A model generated the notes under the pieces. That model was not told the DNA's origin, did no database searches, and saw only the letters and a list, made by a program, of their open reading frames with translations. DNA of 64,000 bases from Dehalococcoidia bacterium (lineage in GTDB: Bacteria > Chloroflexota > Dehalococcoidia > Lucifugimonadales > JAGWBF01), in the NCBI GenBank assembly GCA_965247295.1, contig CBDFGQ010000006.1, positions 483,527-547,526 on the forward strand, written 5' to 3'. Positions 56,005 through 64,000 of this stretch are shown here, piece after piece. The translations under genes were made by a program, and so were the position numbers. How positions within the stretch are numbered: position 1 is the first letter of the stretch; each line of letters starts with the position of its first letter.

Positions 56005-56400
56005 CTAAGGTTTTTGCAACTCTGGGAAGTAGGTGGCGTAGAAGCCACGATCCCTGGTCAGAAAGGTGTCGGCATTGGCAAACGCATGGGCACCTATCAG
56101 GAAGTCGGAGATGATCCGGCCTCTCGGCCCACCAGCCTGTCGATATTGCAACCACCGGAGTCCAGCTTCATATGCGATATCGGTGTCAATGGGCGAAATC
56201 GTTGCGTTGATCTCCCGCAGCGCTCCATCCAAAGAGGAGCGGTCACCGAAGGCCGGAACCAGCTCTGCATAGACCACATCGCAGACGAGGATAGCTCCTC
56301 TATCGTAGGCGTGCGTAAGCCACTCCTGCGATTGGGAGTGGTGCGGCGCATCGGATACGAATACGTCCAGCAAGACGTTGGTGTCGACTGACGTTATCAC
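56005..56400 (-). CDS. vapC: PIN-domain toxin VapC
   Basis: VDTNVLLD N-terminal acidic motif and a later D residue pattern. Overlaps vapB (ATGA-type coupling). Confidence 0.85.
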   Translation of the reverse strand: MITSVDTNVLLDVFVSDAPHHSQSQEWLTHAYDRGAILVCDVVYAELVPAFGDRSSLDGALREINATISPIDTDIAYEAGLRWLQYRQAGGPRGRIISDFLIGAHAFANADTFLTRDRGFYATYFPELQKP

Positions 56401-56612
56401 CTTCCCCTGATCTCTTCTATGTACTGGTCTACATCGACAGCCCCGTCGAGGATCCCACTGACCCTCTCCACGGGATGCTTGGATGCTGCCCGCTTCTGGA
56501 TGAGTAGTCCATCCTCGGTTGGCGTGATCTCCACCTCGACATCTTGATTCATACCAAAGCGATCTCTCAGTCTCTTAGGGATGGTGATCTGCCCTCTTTC
56601 GGATATTCGCAT
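56397..56612 (-). CDS. vapB: AbrB/SpoVT-family antitoxin (VapB-like)
   Basis: ERGQITIPKRLRDRFG swapped-hairpin motif. 71 aa. Confidence 0.8.
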   Translation of the reverse strand: MRISERGQITIPKRLRDRFGMNQDVEVEITPTEDGLLIQKRAASKHPVERVSGILDGAVDVDQYIEEIRGR

Positions 56613-56709
56613 GGCTTACCTCATATGAATTCCATGTTTAGTACATCATACCATAGTTGCCATGATTGGGGAAGATGATCCAGATTACCAACCCGTTTGG
56701 TGACTCTCT

Positions 56710-58362
56710 TCACCCTCCCCCAAGAGCATAGGTAGGCTCCCAGCTATCGGGTGTGCGCCAAGCCCGTCCCAAAGGTCCCAACTCCTCCAAGGACCTCCTG
56801 TGGGATACCCAAAGCGGCACCCTGACCCTGGCGTGCTCCATCTCCTTCCTGGCCACCCGTAGGAAGTGGGTCTCTGCCAGGTCGTTGTGGAAGACCACGA
56901 GGACGATGGGCTGCGTGCCGTGGTCGTCGGTGGGCCGGTGTGACGAGTAGTAACGAAGATAGGGAGCTAGCCGTGCCGCCATGGTAGTGGGCCTCACCGC
57001 CCGGCGCTCCCACTCCAGGAAGAAGGGCCACGTATAGTCGCCCTTGCGCAGGATTCCGAATGCGTCGGGGTGAATGGAACGCAGCTTGTCACCATACCTG
57101 AAGTACCTGGCTGCCCGTCCAGGGGGGTCCAGTTGCGCCACTTCCCAGCCTTGGGATCTGGCTTGCTCGGCCAGGGTCGCAACGAACCCGTGCACGGCGT
57201 CGGTGTGATCGATGTTCCTGAGGAGCTGGCGGCTTCGCCTTCCCGAAACCCTACGCCAGTCCGTGGGAGCCTGTGAGTCGAGGCCCGTAGTACTCCAGCG
57301 CTTCCTGGCCGCTCCCACGGCGGCGCGGTCCCTGCGGGCCAGGAGGTCGATGGCGCTATCGGTCAAGGCAAGGCGGCGTCCCTCGGCAAAGGGTCTCCGT
57401 ACTAGCCCAGCCCTTTCCAAGGGAACCACGACCTGGGACAGCCGAGCTTTGGAGAAGCCCAGCAACTGACACAGATCTACCGAAGTGATAAAGGGCCAGT
57501 CGGAGAGGATGTCCAAGGTGCGTTTCTCGGCAGGCTTTAGCAGGGCGGGCAGGAGGTGGTCGGAGACAGCTCCCCCTTGGCCATCCAGGGCGATGTCCTG
57601 GGGAATGGTAACCCGCGAGAGCTCAGAGTCCTCCGGAAGGGTGCCGCCCTGGCTCATGTGAGAAAGCAGATAGCGGAGGTCAAGGGAGGCGGCGATGGAC
57701 GGGGGATGCCATACGGGATCGTCGCAACCGGCCAGGGCCGCATCCTCCTCTTGGGCTAGAAAGGCCGCCGTGGGGAGTCCGGCAAGCAACCTCCGGGCGT
57801 GGTGAAGACGCACGGCGTCGGGAGCTAATAGAAGGACGGCACCGGGCAGAGGCCCCTCCCGCAGCTTCCAGAGCCTCTTGGCGAAGGCCGTCCTGTCGGC
57901 GGTGGCTCCCTGCCTCGCGATCCCAATAGTCCGACCACCAGTCAGGGACATGGCGGCATCCAGCGGCCCTGTTCGATACCATCTAAAGGCTATGTCATCT
58001 TCCTCGTCAGCGGTTGTCGCTGCCAGCCGGTAGATCACCGCTACAGCGTCCAGCCTTTCCAGAAGGATGCGCCGCCACTGGGCGGAGACGGGATAGACGT
58101 GAAGCAACCGGTCCAGGCTCACACCATCCGCCGATGCCAGGTGCCGAAGCCCTGCTGCGGTGACATAGAATCGCTGTGTCGTCCTCAGTAGGTCTGTAGC
58201 ATGGGGAAGGGAAGCTGCCAACCGCCGACGCTCCAGGTCGGCTACGGCGTTGTAGGTGGTGCGGTCAGCCCTGCTGGATAGGGCCGCCAACTCCAGACGG
58301 TCAAGGAAGGGCATGGAGGCCAGGCACCGCAGGGTGTCCAGATAGCAATCCTTTCCTGTCAT
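56710..58362 (-). CDS. Replication-relaxation-family-like protein
   Basis: The C-terminal IHPDAFGIL...WPFFLEWERR segment resembles the Replic_Relax family. Winged-helix-like segments lie upstream. Overlaps the upstream ATPase gene by 4 nt. Confidence 0.5.
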   Translation of the reverse strand: MTGKDCYLDTLRCLASMPFLDRLELAALSSRADRTTYNAVADLERRRLAASLPHATDLLRTTQRFYVTAAGLRHLASADGVSLDRLLHVYPVSAQWRRILLERLDAVAVIYRLAATTADEEDDIAFRWYRTGPLDAAMSLTGGRTIGIARQGATADRTAFAKRLWKLREGPLPGAVLLLAPDAVRLHHARRLLAGLPTAAFLAQEEDAALAGCDDPVWHPPSIAASLDLRYLLSHMSQGGTLPEDSELSRVTIPQDIALDGQGGAVSDHLLPALLKPAEKRTLDILSDWPFITSVDLCQLLGFSKARLSQVVVPLERAGLVRRPFAEGRRLALTDSAIDLLARRDRAAVGAARKRWSTTGLDSQAPTDWRRVSGRRSRQLLRNIDHTDAVHGFVATLAEQARSQGWEVAQLDPPGRAARYFRYGDKLRSIHPDAFGILRKGDYTWPFFLEWERRAVRPTTMAARLAPYLRYYSSHRPTDDHGTQPIVLVVFHNDLAETHFLRVARKEMEHARVRVPLWVSHRRSLEELGPLGRAWRTPDSWEPTYALGGG

Positions 58363-60971
58363 TGCCCTTCCTCGACACTAGGAGAGACGTTCTTTTCAGT
58401 GGCCTCCGCTTCCTGTCCAACATCATCCTTGGGCTTACGGGAACGCTGCCTGCGCCGCTTGGCTGGTTTTGGGGCAGCGCCATTACTGGACTTGGGAGCT
58501 TCACCTTTCTCAAGGGCCTCTATGCCCGCTCTGTACTCCTCCACCAACACCTCCGACTCCGCCTCTTTGGTGGCGGTCTCCTTCACTGGGGTGGTGTAGG
58601 AAGATGCGGCCGCTCGAATGCGGACGGCGATCTCGGGTTCGCCCTCATCGGGCTTGCGCACCTTCACGGAGAATGCCGGCATCCGCTCCTCCCCCACGGT
58701 GCCTCGGACGTAGCACTGGTGCACCGGCAGGGAGGTGATGTCGTCCTCGGAGACCCGGTCCTTGCCCAGCTCCCACACCAGGGTTCGAGCGTCGGCTCCG
58801 GCCACCTGGAAGACGGCCAGGCAGCCGACGTTGGCCAGCAGGGTGTCCTGCATGGTGCGGGAGAGGTCGGAGAGCTTGGCCAGACTTTGGGTTGCCAGGA
58901 TGAATGAAGCCCCGAACTTCCCCAGCTCTGATAGCATCCCCTCGTAGTCCACCCCCGGCATAGACTGCATCTCATCCACCACTACCAGCACACCTCTCCT
59001 TTGACCTATAGGCACGCTCCCCTGCTCCCGTATCACGCCGTCCACCAGATTCAGGATGGAGGCTCCCACCAGGGCCGATACGTCCCTGCCAGCCGTCCCC
59101 TGGGAGGTGGAGACCAGGAGCACGCCACCATCTTGGATCACTCGGCGCATGTCGATGGTGGAGCGGGACTGTCCCAGGATGGACCTGGCCTTCCGTGATG
59201 AGGCGTAGTAGGACAACCGGGTCTGGACGGGGGCCAGGGCATCGGCCTTGTACTGGCGGTGCCAGGACCGGAAGTCCCGGCCCCACCACTCCAGCAGGTA
59301 GGGGTCGCTGACCTTGGCCAAGACCCTGCTTCTGAACTTGTCGTCCGAAAGTAGTTTCAGCCCGTCCAGGATAGTGTACTGCTCGGAGGCGTCGGTTGAA
59401 GGGTGCTCGTTGGCCTCGTGAAGGCTCTTCACCGTTTGCTCCAGGATGGACTGCATCCTGGGTCCCCACTGCTCCCACAACCCCTTGGCTATCCGCACCA
59501 CCGAGTCGGCGGTGCGGTCCCTGTCGGAGAATACCCTGGTGTCCAGGAGGTTGATGCCGGGAGCGTTCCGGTCGTCTGCCAGGTCTATGAGGCGCACCCG
59601 GTCAACCAGGGATTCTGGCACCTGGTTGAGCAGCCCTTCAACGAGGTCCGCATGGGGATCTATGACCACGATGGCGTCGGAGTCCTTCCCCTCGGCCTTC
59701 TGCTGGAGCTTGTGGGAGACGATGTGGTGCATGAGGGTGGACTTGCCCATGCGGGTCCTTGCCACGTATAGGTGATGGCGGCGCAGCAGGTCCTCAGGAA
59801 AGCGGATGTCCCTTTGGGCCGTCCCTGCGGTGGAGTGGCCTATGAGGGCTCCCTCCCTCACTCCCCCGGAGGAAGGCAGGAGCACCTTGGCCCCCGAGCG
59901 CGCCACCAGGGGGGTGTCGTCCCTGGCCCCGAGCGGGTGCCATAGAGAGGCCACCTCCCGCACGCCCAATATGGTTCTCGATCCGAAGAGCCCTGGGCCG
60001 GGGATGTGAAAGGAAGCGGTGGGAACCACCTGCCTGATCTTGCTCACCTTGAAGTGAGCTCCCGCGAGGTTGTCGTAGTGGCGGTAGGCTGCCGCCACCG
60101 ACTCCAGGAGCGCCTTGGCCCGCTCCTTTCCATCACTCTTGGGGAGGATGGCAGTGACCTGGAGGAGGGAGTCGAAGGCGAGGCTGGAGACCTTCTCCTT
60201 GACCAGTATGGGGTCGTAGACGCGGGAACGCCGCTTCTTCCAACGCCACCATCCCCAGCCCGCCGCCACGGTCCCGGCGACTACTCCGATGCCCAAGAGT
60301 ATCGTCTTCCACAGCTCCCCGCCCTGCATCCAGAAGTAGCCCTGCAAGGACCCCAGGGCTATCAAACCCAGGACGGCCATCAGTGCGCCGTCGGTCTGCA
60401 GAGGCTTGGTCTGGTAGGTGTAGGAGGCGTCCCTTCGCTCTGTCACCGGCTTCGGCAGAGCCTTGTCCAGGTAGGGCTGAGACCAGTCTGGTCCCAGGGA
60501 GGACAGCACCAGTCTGGCCACCATGCGCTCTCCAGGGCGCAGCGACGCCATCGTCCCCAGGAGGGCGAGGATGGGGTCTGAGCCGGGGTCCAGCAGGTCG
60601 TCGTCCCGGAAGGTCCTCAGGGGAACATAGGGAGGGCCTTGCACCCTCAGGCTCATTCCCCAGGCCTCATCATCCTCTTCCAGACGCAGGGGCTCCTCCT
60701 CTGGGGGCACCTCGGCGATGCGGGCCTGGGGGTAGTGAATCGATATCTGATTCTGGACCACCTCCTTGTCCCGGCACCGGGCCATCAGGGTCACGCCGTC
60801 CATGTCCCCCGCCAGCTCCAGGGAGAAGGGCTCGGGAATGGCGATGGACCTGAGGAAGTTCTCCACCCCCAACAGGGTGCGCTCTCCGGTCCTCGGCGAC
60901 GTCACCGACAGAAGCACAGGGGCCTTGCGTGTAGATCGGTTAGATAGCCAGCTAATGGGATTCAGTTTCAC
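58359..60971 (-). CDS. Membrane-anchored coupling-protein-like (TraD/VirD4/HerA-related) P-loop ATPase
   Basis: Two TM helices around residues 200-240, Walker A ARTRMGKSTLM, Walker B VLVVVDEMQS, ILATQSLAKL motif. Confidence 0.6.
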   Translation of the reverse strand: MKLNPISWLSNRSTRKAPVLLSVTSPRTGERTLLGVENFLRSIAIPEPFSLELAGDMDGVTLMARCRDKEVVQNQISIHYPQARIAEVPPEEEPLRLEEDDEAWGMSLRVQGPPYVPLRTFRDDDLLDPGSDPILALLGTMASLRPGERMVARLVLSSLGPDWSQPYLDKALPKPVTERRDASYTYQTKPLQTDGALMAVLGLIALGSLQGYFWMQGGELWKTILLGIGVVAGTVAAGWGWWRWKKRRSRVYDPILVKEKVSSLAFDSLLQVTAILPKSDGKERAKALLESVAAAYRHYDNLAGAHFKVSKIRQVVPTASFHIPGPGLFGSRTILGVREVASLWHPLGARDDTPLVARSGAKVLLPSSGGVREGALIGHSTAGTAQRDIRFPEDLLRRHHLYVARTRMGKSTLMHHIVSHKLQQKAEGKDSDAIVVIDPHADLVEGLLNQVPESLVDRVRLIDLADDRNAPGINLLDTRVFSDRDRTADSVVRIAKGLWEQWGPRMQSILEQTVKSLHEANEHPSTDASEQYTILDGLKLLSDDKFRSRVLAKVSDPYLLEWWGRDFRSWHRQYKADALAPVQTRLSYYASSRKARSILGQSRSTIDMRRVIQDGGVLLVSTSQGTAGRDVSALVGASILNLVDGVIREQGSVPIGQRRGVLVVVDEMQSMPGVDYEGMLSELGKFGASFILATQSLAKLSDLSRTMQDTLLANVGCLAVFQVAGADARTLVWELGKDRVSEDDITSLPVHQCYVRGTVGEERMPAFSVKVRKPDEGEPEIAVRIRAAASSYTTPVKETATKEAESEVLVEEYRAGIEALEKGEAPKSSNGAAPKPAKRRRQRSRKPKDDVGQEAEATEKNVSPSVEEGQ

Positions 60972-61084
60972 AGTGAGTCCTCCTCGTATCTCGATTCTGT
61001 TAGCGGGTACTCGTTCTCATGATTTCGCTGTGTTGACCGGCTAGTTGATGGCAGGACCATGTCGTCACCTCCTGGACATGTGAG

Positions 61085-61098
61085 AGAACATGTGTTCT
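61085..61098. promoter_or_regulatory. Perfect palindrome AGAACATGTGTTCT (GAAC-N4-GTTC, Gram-positive-type SOS/LexA box core)
   Basis: Seen directly. Lies 114 nt upstream of the ATPase gene start (60971) in the divergent control region. On the minus strand it abuts a TATAAG hexamer. Confidence 0.4.
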
Positions 61099-61196
61099 TA
61101 TAGACTAGTGTGAGCCCTTCAACCGCCAGATGCAAGGGCCATTAGGCATTAGAGCCCCTGTTGAGGTCAGGGGGCTGTACAGAGAAATGAGTTTTA

Positions 61197-61357
61197 TTGC
61201 AAGTTGCACGTCGAGTCGTGAAAGAGGCCATTTTAGAAGGGATGCAGCCCCTACAGGATGATGGCAGCGTCATGTTTGCAAGCACTTTGGGTTATTTGGG
61301 GTTAAGGGGGCGTTGCATGGAGAATGTGCAAAACTCAGGTCTTTTTTGCAAGTTGCA
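61197..61357. repeat. Exact 12-mer TTGCAAGTTGCA repeated at 61197 and 61346, plus related TTGCAAGCA (61276) and TTGCAT...GTGCAA (61313-61331)
   Basis: Seen directly in the intergenic region between the divergent genes at 60971 and 61386. Confidence 0.5.
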
Positions 61358-61385
61358 TGCGGGAAGAGGTGGGGGTCGTTGAACG

Positions 61386-62288
61386 GTGGCTCTGGCAGAA
61401 GGCACCGATTGCATCGGGGCTGCCCAAATGGAATCAGGAGAGTCAATCATGGAAAAAGGCAAGAGCATGGAGGAGATGTCCGATCAGCGGCTCATAGCAT
61501 TGCTGCGTGAGCTGGTGAGGCAGAGAGGAGTCCGCGGAGCGGCGACGACTCTGAAGATAGACCCCAGGACGGTGGCTGCGAGCATGGAAGGGGGAAGCCT
61601 TTCCTGGCGGGTTCGCGAGGCGATGGAGCGGGGGCTGGGGTCAGAGGTTGGCACGGGGGCCTCCCAGCGAGAGGGCAACGACTCGCAGGAGCAGAGAATT
61701 GAGGACGTGGAGCGGCGTATGGAGGCGTTGGAGAAGGAGGCTCGCAGTGCTCAGGAAGCTCATACCGCAGAAGCGTGGACAGCAGTGGATCGCAGGCTGG
61801 ACGGATTCGCCCAGGCATTGAGAGAGATGAACGGCAGGCTCACTCGGCTGGAGCAAGCTAAAGAGAAGGAACCGGAGGATGTGGAGCCAAGGGCCGTCGA
61901 TTCAAAGAGGGAGGCTAGGCGCGTTTATCACAGTAGCTACTTCGGCTTCGGCGTGATCAGCAAGGAGCCGCATCCCGGCGAGGAGCTATCCTACGGTTTC
62001 GGAATGCCTCTGGTGGAGGAGTGGCGGCGGCTGATGAAGGAGCGAGCAGTCGGCACCAAGCTCACCCAGGTCAAGACTCGGCAGCGGATCATGGAGTTGG
62101 AGATCGCCATGCTTGGTGAGTACAAGCTGACTCTGCCGCCAGGGTCATCTCCCCTGGACGACTTCACCAGGGGAGCGGAGCTGGATTGGCGGGAGAGGGC
62201 TCTGGTGAACATTCAGAGGGAGCGGGCTAGGCGGGCACTGGTGCGGTGGGTCCGACGGATCTGCACCCTGGGGCTGTGGTGGAAATAG
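61386..62288 (+). CDS. Hypothetical protein (coiled-coil rich; start uncertain)
   Basis: Long ORF with plausible composition in the mobile-element region. No motif recognised. Confidence 0.45.
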   Translation: MALAEGTDCIGAAQMESGESIMEKGKSMEEMSDQRLIALLRELVRQRGVRGAATTLKIDPRTVAASMEGGSLSWRVREAMERGLGSEVGTGASQREGNDSQEQRIEDVERRMEALEKEARSAQEAHTAEAWTAVDRRLDGFAQALREMNGRLTRLEQAKEKEPEDVEPRAVDSKREARRVYHSSYFGFGVISKEPHPGEELSYGFGMPLVEEWRRLMKERAVGTKLTQVKTRQRIMELEIAMLGEYKLTLPPGSSPLDDFTRGAELDWRERALVNIQRERARRALVRWVRRICTLGLWWK

Positions 62289-62508
62289 TCGACGACAGCC
62301 CTTAGGCCTGAGTCAACTGCCTAGGAAGAGGGCTTTGTTACCCGATGGTCAGGCCACATCAACGCGGGCACACATCTCCACTGACGCTCTTTTCGCGGTC
62401 CTTGAAACTCGTGCCGATTCTGTAGCAGTAGTCACTGTATCCGCCTATGGTGGGTGGAATGTTCGCTACCCAGCTGTCGTCGTAGTCAACATCGAGGGTG
62501 GGGCGGTA

Positions 62509-63576
62509 CTAGGGCTGCTCCGCGCCACTACCCGTTGAGCTGTCAGATTCCGAACGCCCCGGCCTGGGAGTGTCCGTTTCGGTAGGTCTGGCAACGCAAC
62601 GAACGTTGCCTGGGTGATTGTCGCTTGCATGGCCCGGCGGTCCCGATGGAGCCGGGGTTGGAACTCCCTTTGGCCAGGGAGGACGCTCTATGTCATCGCA
62701 CCAGGGGAGCAGGTCATCGGGGTGGGCGGCGATGTCCTCGTGGGTTGGAACACCGGAGATGGTATTCGAGACGGGAGTCGGAGTAGGCGCCAAGCCATCC
62801 CCAGTGGACAGGACTGCTGCGGCCTGGTCATGCCCAGCAACCGGTCCTGGTCCGCTCGGCGGGCCGATGACCAACCGATCTGGGGTGCCTTTGCAACCCG
62901 GGTCCGCCCAGAAGCCTCCTTGGGGAGGTTCTGTTCCCCTCGCTGCCTCTCTCCTTTCTCGCGTTGCGTCCCGCCACCCAAAGTAGTGCTCCGTGCACTC
63001 CGGAAGGAGGTTGGCATCTTTCCTCTCGATGGCGATGTCCCGATGCGCTTGCTCCGATGCGCTCCACGGGTAGTCAAGTGGGAGCTCAGAAGGGTTTGAC
63101 AGGTCAAGGACCGATTCTTGGGGAGGGTATGCCGGCAGATTCGAACCCCCTAAAGCCCCAGACGTGGCGTTCTCAGCATCACCCTCTCTTCCCCATGTTA
63201 AGACTGAAAAAACAACATCGCGGGTGTGGTCATCAATTACAACTGTGTATCGAGGATCGACCGGTTTAGGGCCTGAATACCCCATCGGCAGTCTAGGCCA
63301 GTCCGGGTAGTCATGGAAGACAGCGACCCTTACCTTCATGTTGGCCGCATGCTCCCCATTGTCGTGGCGCTGCCCGCTGAACTTGGCGCTTGCAATACGT
63401 GTGGGAAGCTCCTCAACATCAGCCAAGTTCATTCCATCCCTTACGAACTCGCGCGCAATCAACAGTGCTTGTTCGTCAGGCAGCTCCGGCGTAAAGGATG
63501 CGTTCGATAGGTCTGCAAACTGACCACTGCGCCCCCCGGACTCTTCCAGGGAAACCGCAGATTCGCCTAATGCCAC
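62509..63576 (-). CDS. Hypothetical protein
   Basis: Long ORF with a GTG start abutting the stop of a 33-codon TM ORF. No motif recognised. Confidence 0.4.
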   Translation of the reverse strand: MALGESAVSLEESGGRSGQFADLSNASFTPELPDEQALLIAREFVRDGMNLADVEELPTRIASAKFSGQRHDNGEHAANMKVRVAVFHDYPDWPRLPMGYSGPKPVDPRYTVVIDDHTRDVVFSVLTWGREGDAENATSGALGGSNLPAYPPQESVLDLSNPSELPLDYPWSASEQAHRDIAIERKDANLLPECTEHYFGWRDATRERREAARGTEPPQGGFWADPGCKGTPDRLVIGPPSGPGPVAGHDQAAAVLSTGDGLAPTPTPVSNTISGVPTHEDIAAHPDDLLPWCDDIERPPWPKGVPTPAPSGPPGHASDNHPGNVRCVARPTETDTPRPGRSESDSSTGSGAEQP

Positions 63577-63678
63577 TTAATCACTGGAGTCAGCGGCCAA
63601 AATCAACGAGACGGATATGACAATGGCAACGACCAGGGGAAGACCGGCCAGGAATCCAACTACTCGTTTCTTCGCCAT
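63577..63678 (-). CDS. Possible 33-aa single-TM peptide
   Basis: MAKKRVVGFLAGLPLVVAIVISVSLILAADSSD. GAGGGAAG upstream. Stop abuts the next ORF. Confidence 0.3.
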   Translation of the reverse strand: MAKKRVVGFLAGLPLVVAIVISVSLILAADSSD

Positions 63679-63730
63679 ATCAGCAACTTCCCTCATAGGT
63701 CGTTCCTCGTTGTCCGAATGTGGTCCCACC

Positions 63731-64000
63731 TCAGCACGGTGGATCGACCGCTTCCTTTGCCTCTATGGGAGGAGGTAGACCAGGCATGAACTCGGGCACG
63801 ACCCCGCTGACCACGTTTGAGTAGACTGTGCCGCCCACCGGGGTGCAGGCATAGATGCGGTAGTAGTAGCGATCCCCAGGAGGAAGCTTGGCATCTGCCC
63901 ACCGATCATATCCGCCCGGAGGCTCATCCTGAGGCCGTAGCTCCCCGGGACGCATTGCCGCAATGGCCTCCCAGGGACCGTCCTGGGCCATAGACCGCTC
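63731..64000 (-). CDS. Hypothetical protein, possibly extending beyond the window (beta-sandwich-like C-terminus)
   Basis: The frame stays open to the window edge. DRYYYRIYACTPVGGTVYSNVV resembles the last strands of Fn3/Ig-like domains. Confidence 0.3.
   Translation of the reverse strand, partial: ERSMAQDGPWEAIAAMRPGELRPQDEPPGGYDRWADAKLPPGDRYYYRIYACTPVGGTVYSNVVSGVVPEFMPGLPPPIEAKEAVDPPC

Noticed and set aside
1-64000. Scan for CRISPR arrays, rRNA genes, retron or DGR-type reverse transcriptases, and phage structural genes.
   Set aside because: I noticed no regularly spaced direct repeats, no rRNA-like sequence, no RT motifs (YxDD) and no capsid, portal or terminase-like ORFs. A manual scan cannot exclude short or degenerate elements.

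Overview
GC-rich bacterial chromosomal window. All family calls come from motif recognition; no database search was possible.

Three parts:

(1) 1-30.1 kb is mostly housekeeping. It holds selB (partial), Leu/Val/Phe-type dehydrogenase, nfo, secDF, cca, def, priA, rplS-trmD, tRNA-Pro(GGG), a sensor adenylate cyclase, a Co-type nitrile hydratase with TPP/SDR/luciferase-like oxidoreductase genes, lgt, ispE, rsmA and an SRP RNA. A tightly coupled NurA-like / unknown barrel-like / HerA-like cassette sits directly behind selB.

(2) About 30.1-52.96 kb is a decayed, IS-riddled accessory (defense) island between the SRP RNA and tRNA-Gln(CTG). Its contents:
- a DDE transposase remnant
- a NYN-domain gene cut by an IS
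- two near-identical 1539-bp IS3-family copies and a third, different 1272-bp IS3-family element, none with target-site duplications
- a serine recombinase pseudogene and a PQQ-propeller lipoprotein
- a seven-gene translationally coupled type I R-M operon: XRE, hsdM (frameshifted), an R-x4-H (HEPN-like) protein, hsdS, a DUF433/PIN-like pair, hsdR
- a C5-methyltransferase stub
- a CapH/CapP-like regulator pair divergent from a patatin phospholipase, plus the IS-truncated 5' end of a nucleotidyltransferase (CBASS-like remnant)
- a second hsdR remnant and an orphan Zn-ribbon protein

(3) After galU, 54.2 kb to the window end looks like an integrative mobilizable element. It has a large serine recombinase, vapBC, a replication-relaxation-like protein and a coupling-protein-like ATPase. 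Its control region carries a GAAC-N4-GTTC SOS-type box and TTGCAAGTTGCA repeats.

No CRISPR array or rRNA was seen.

Best candidates for something new are the RNase-like modules nested in the type I R-M operon, the three-gene NurA/HerA cassette, and the Zn-ribbon orphan beside tRNA-Gln.
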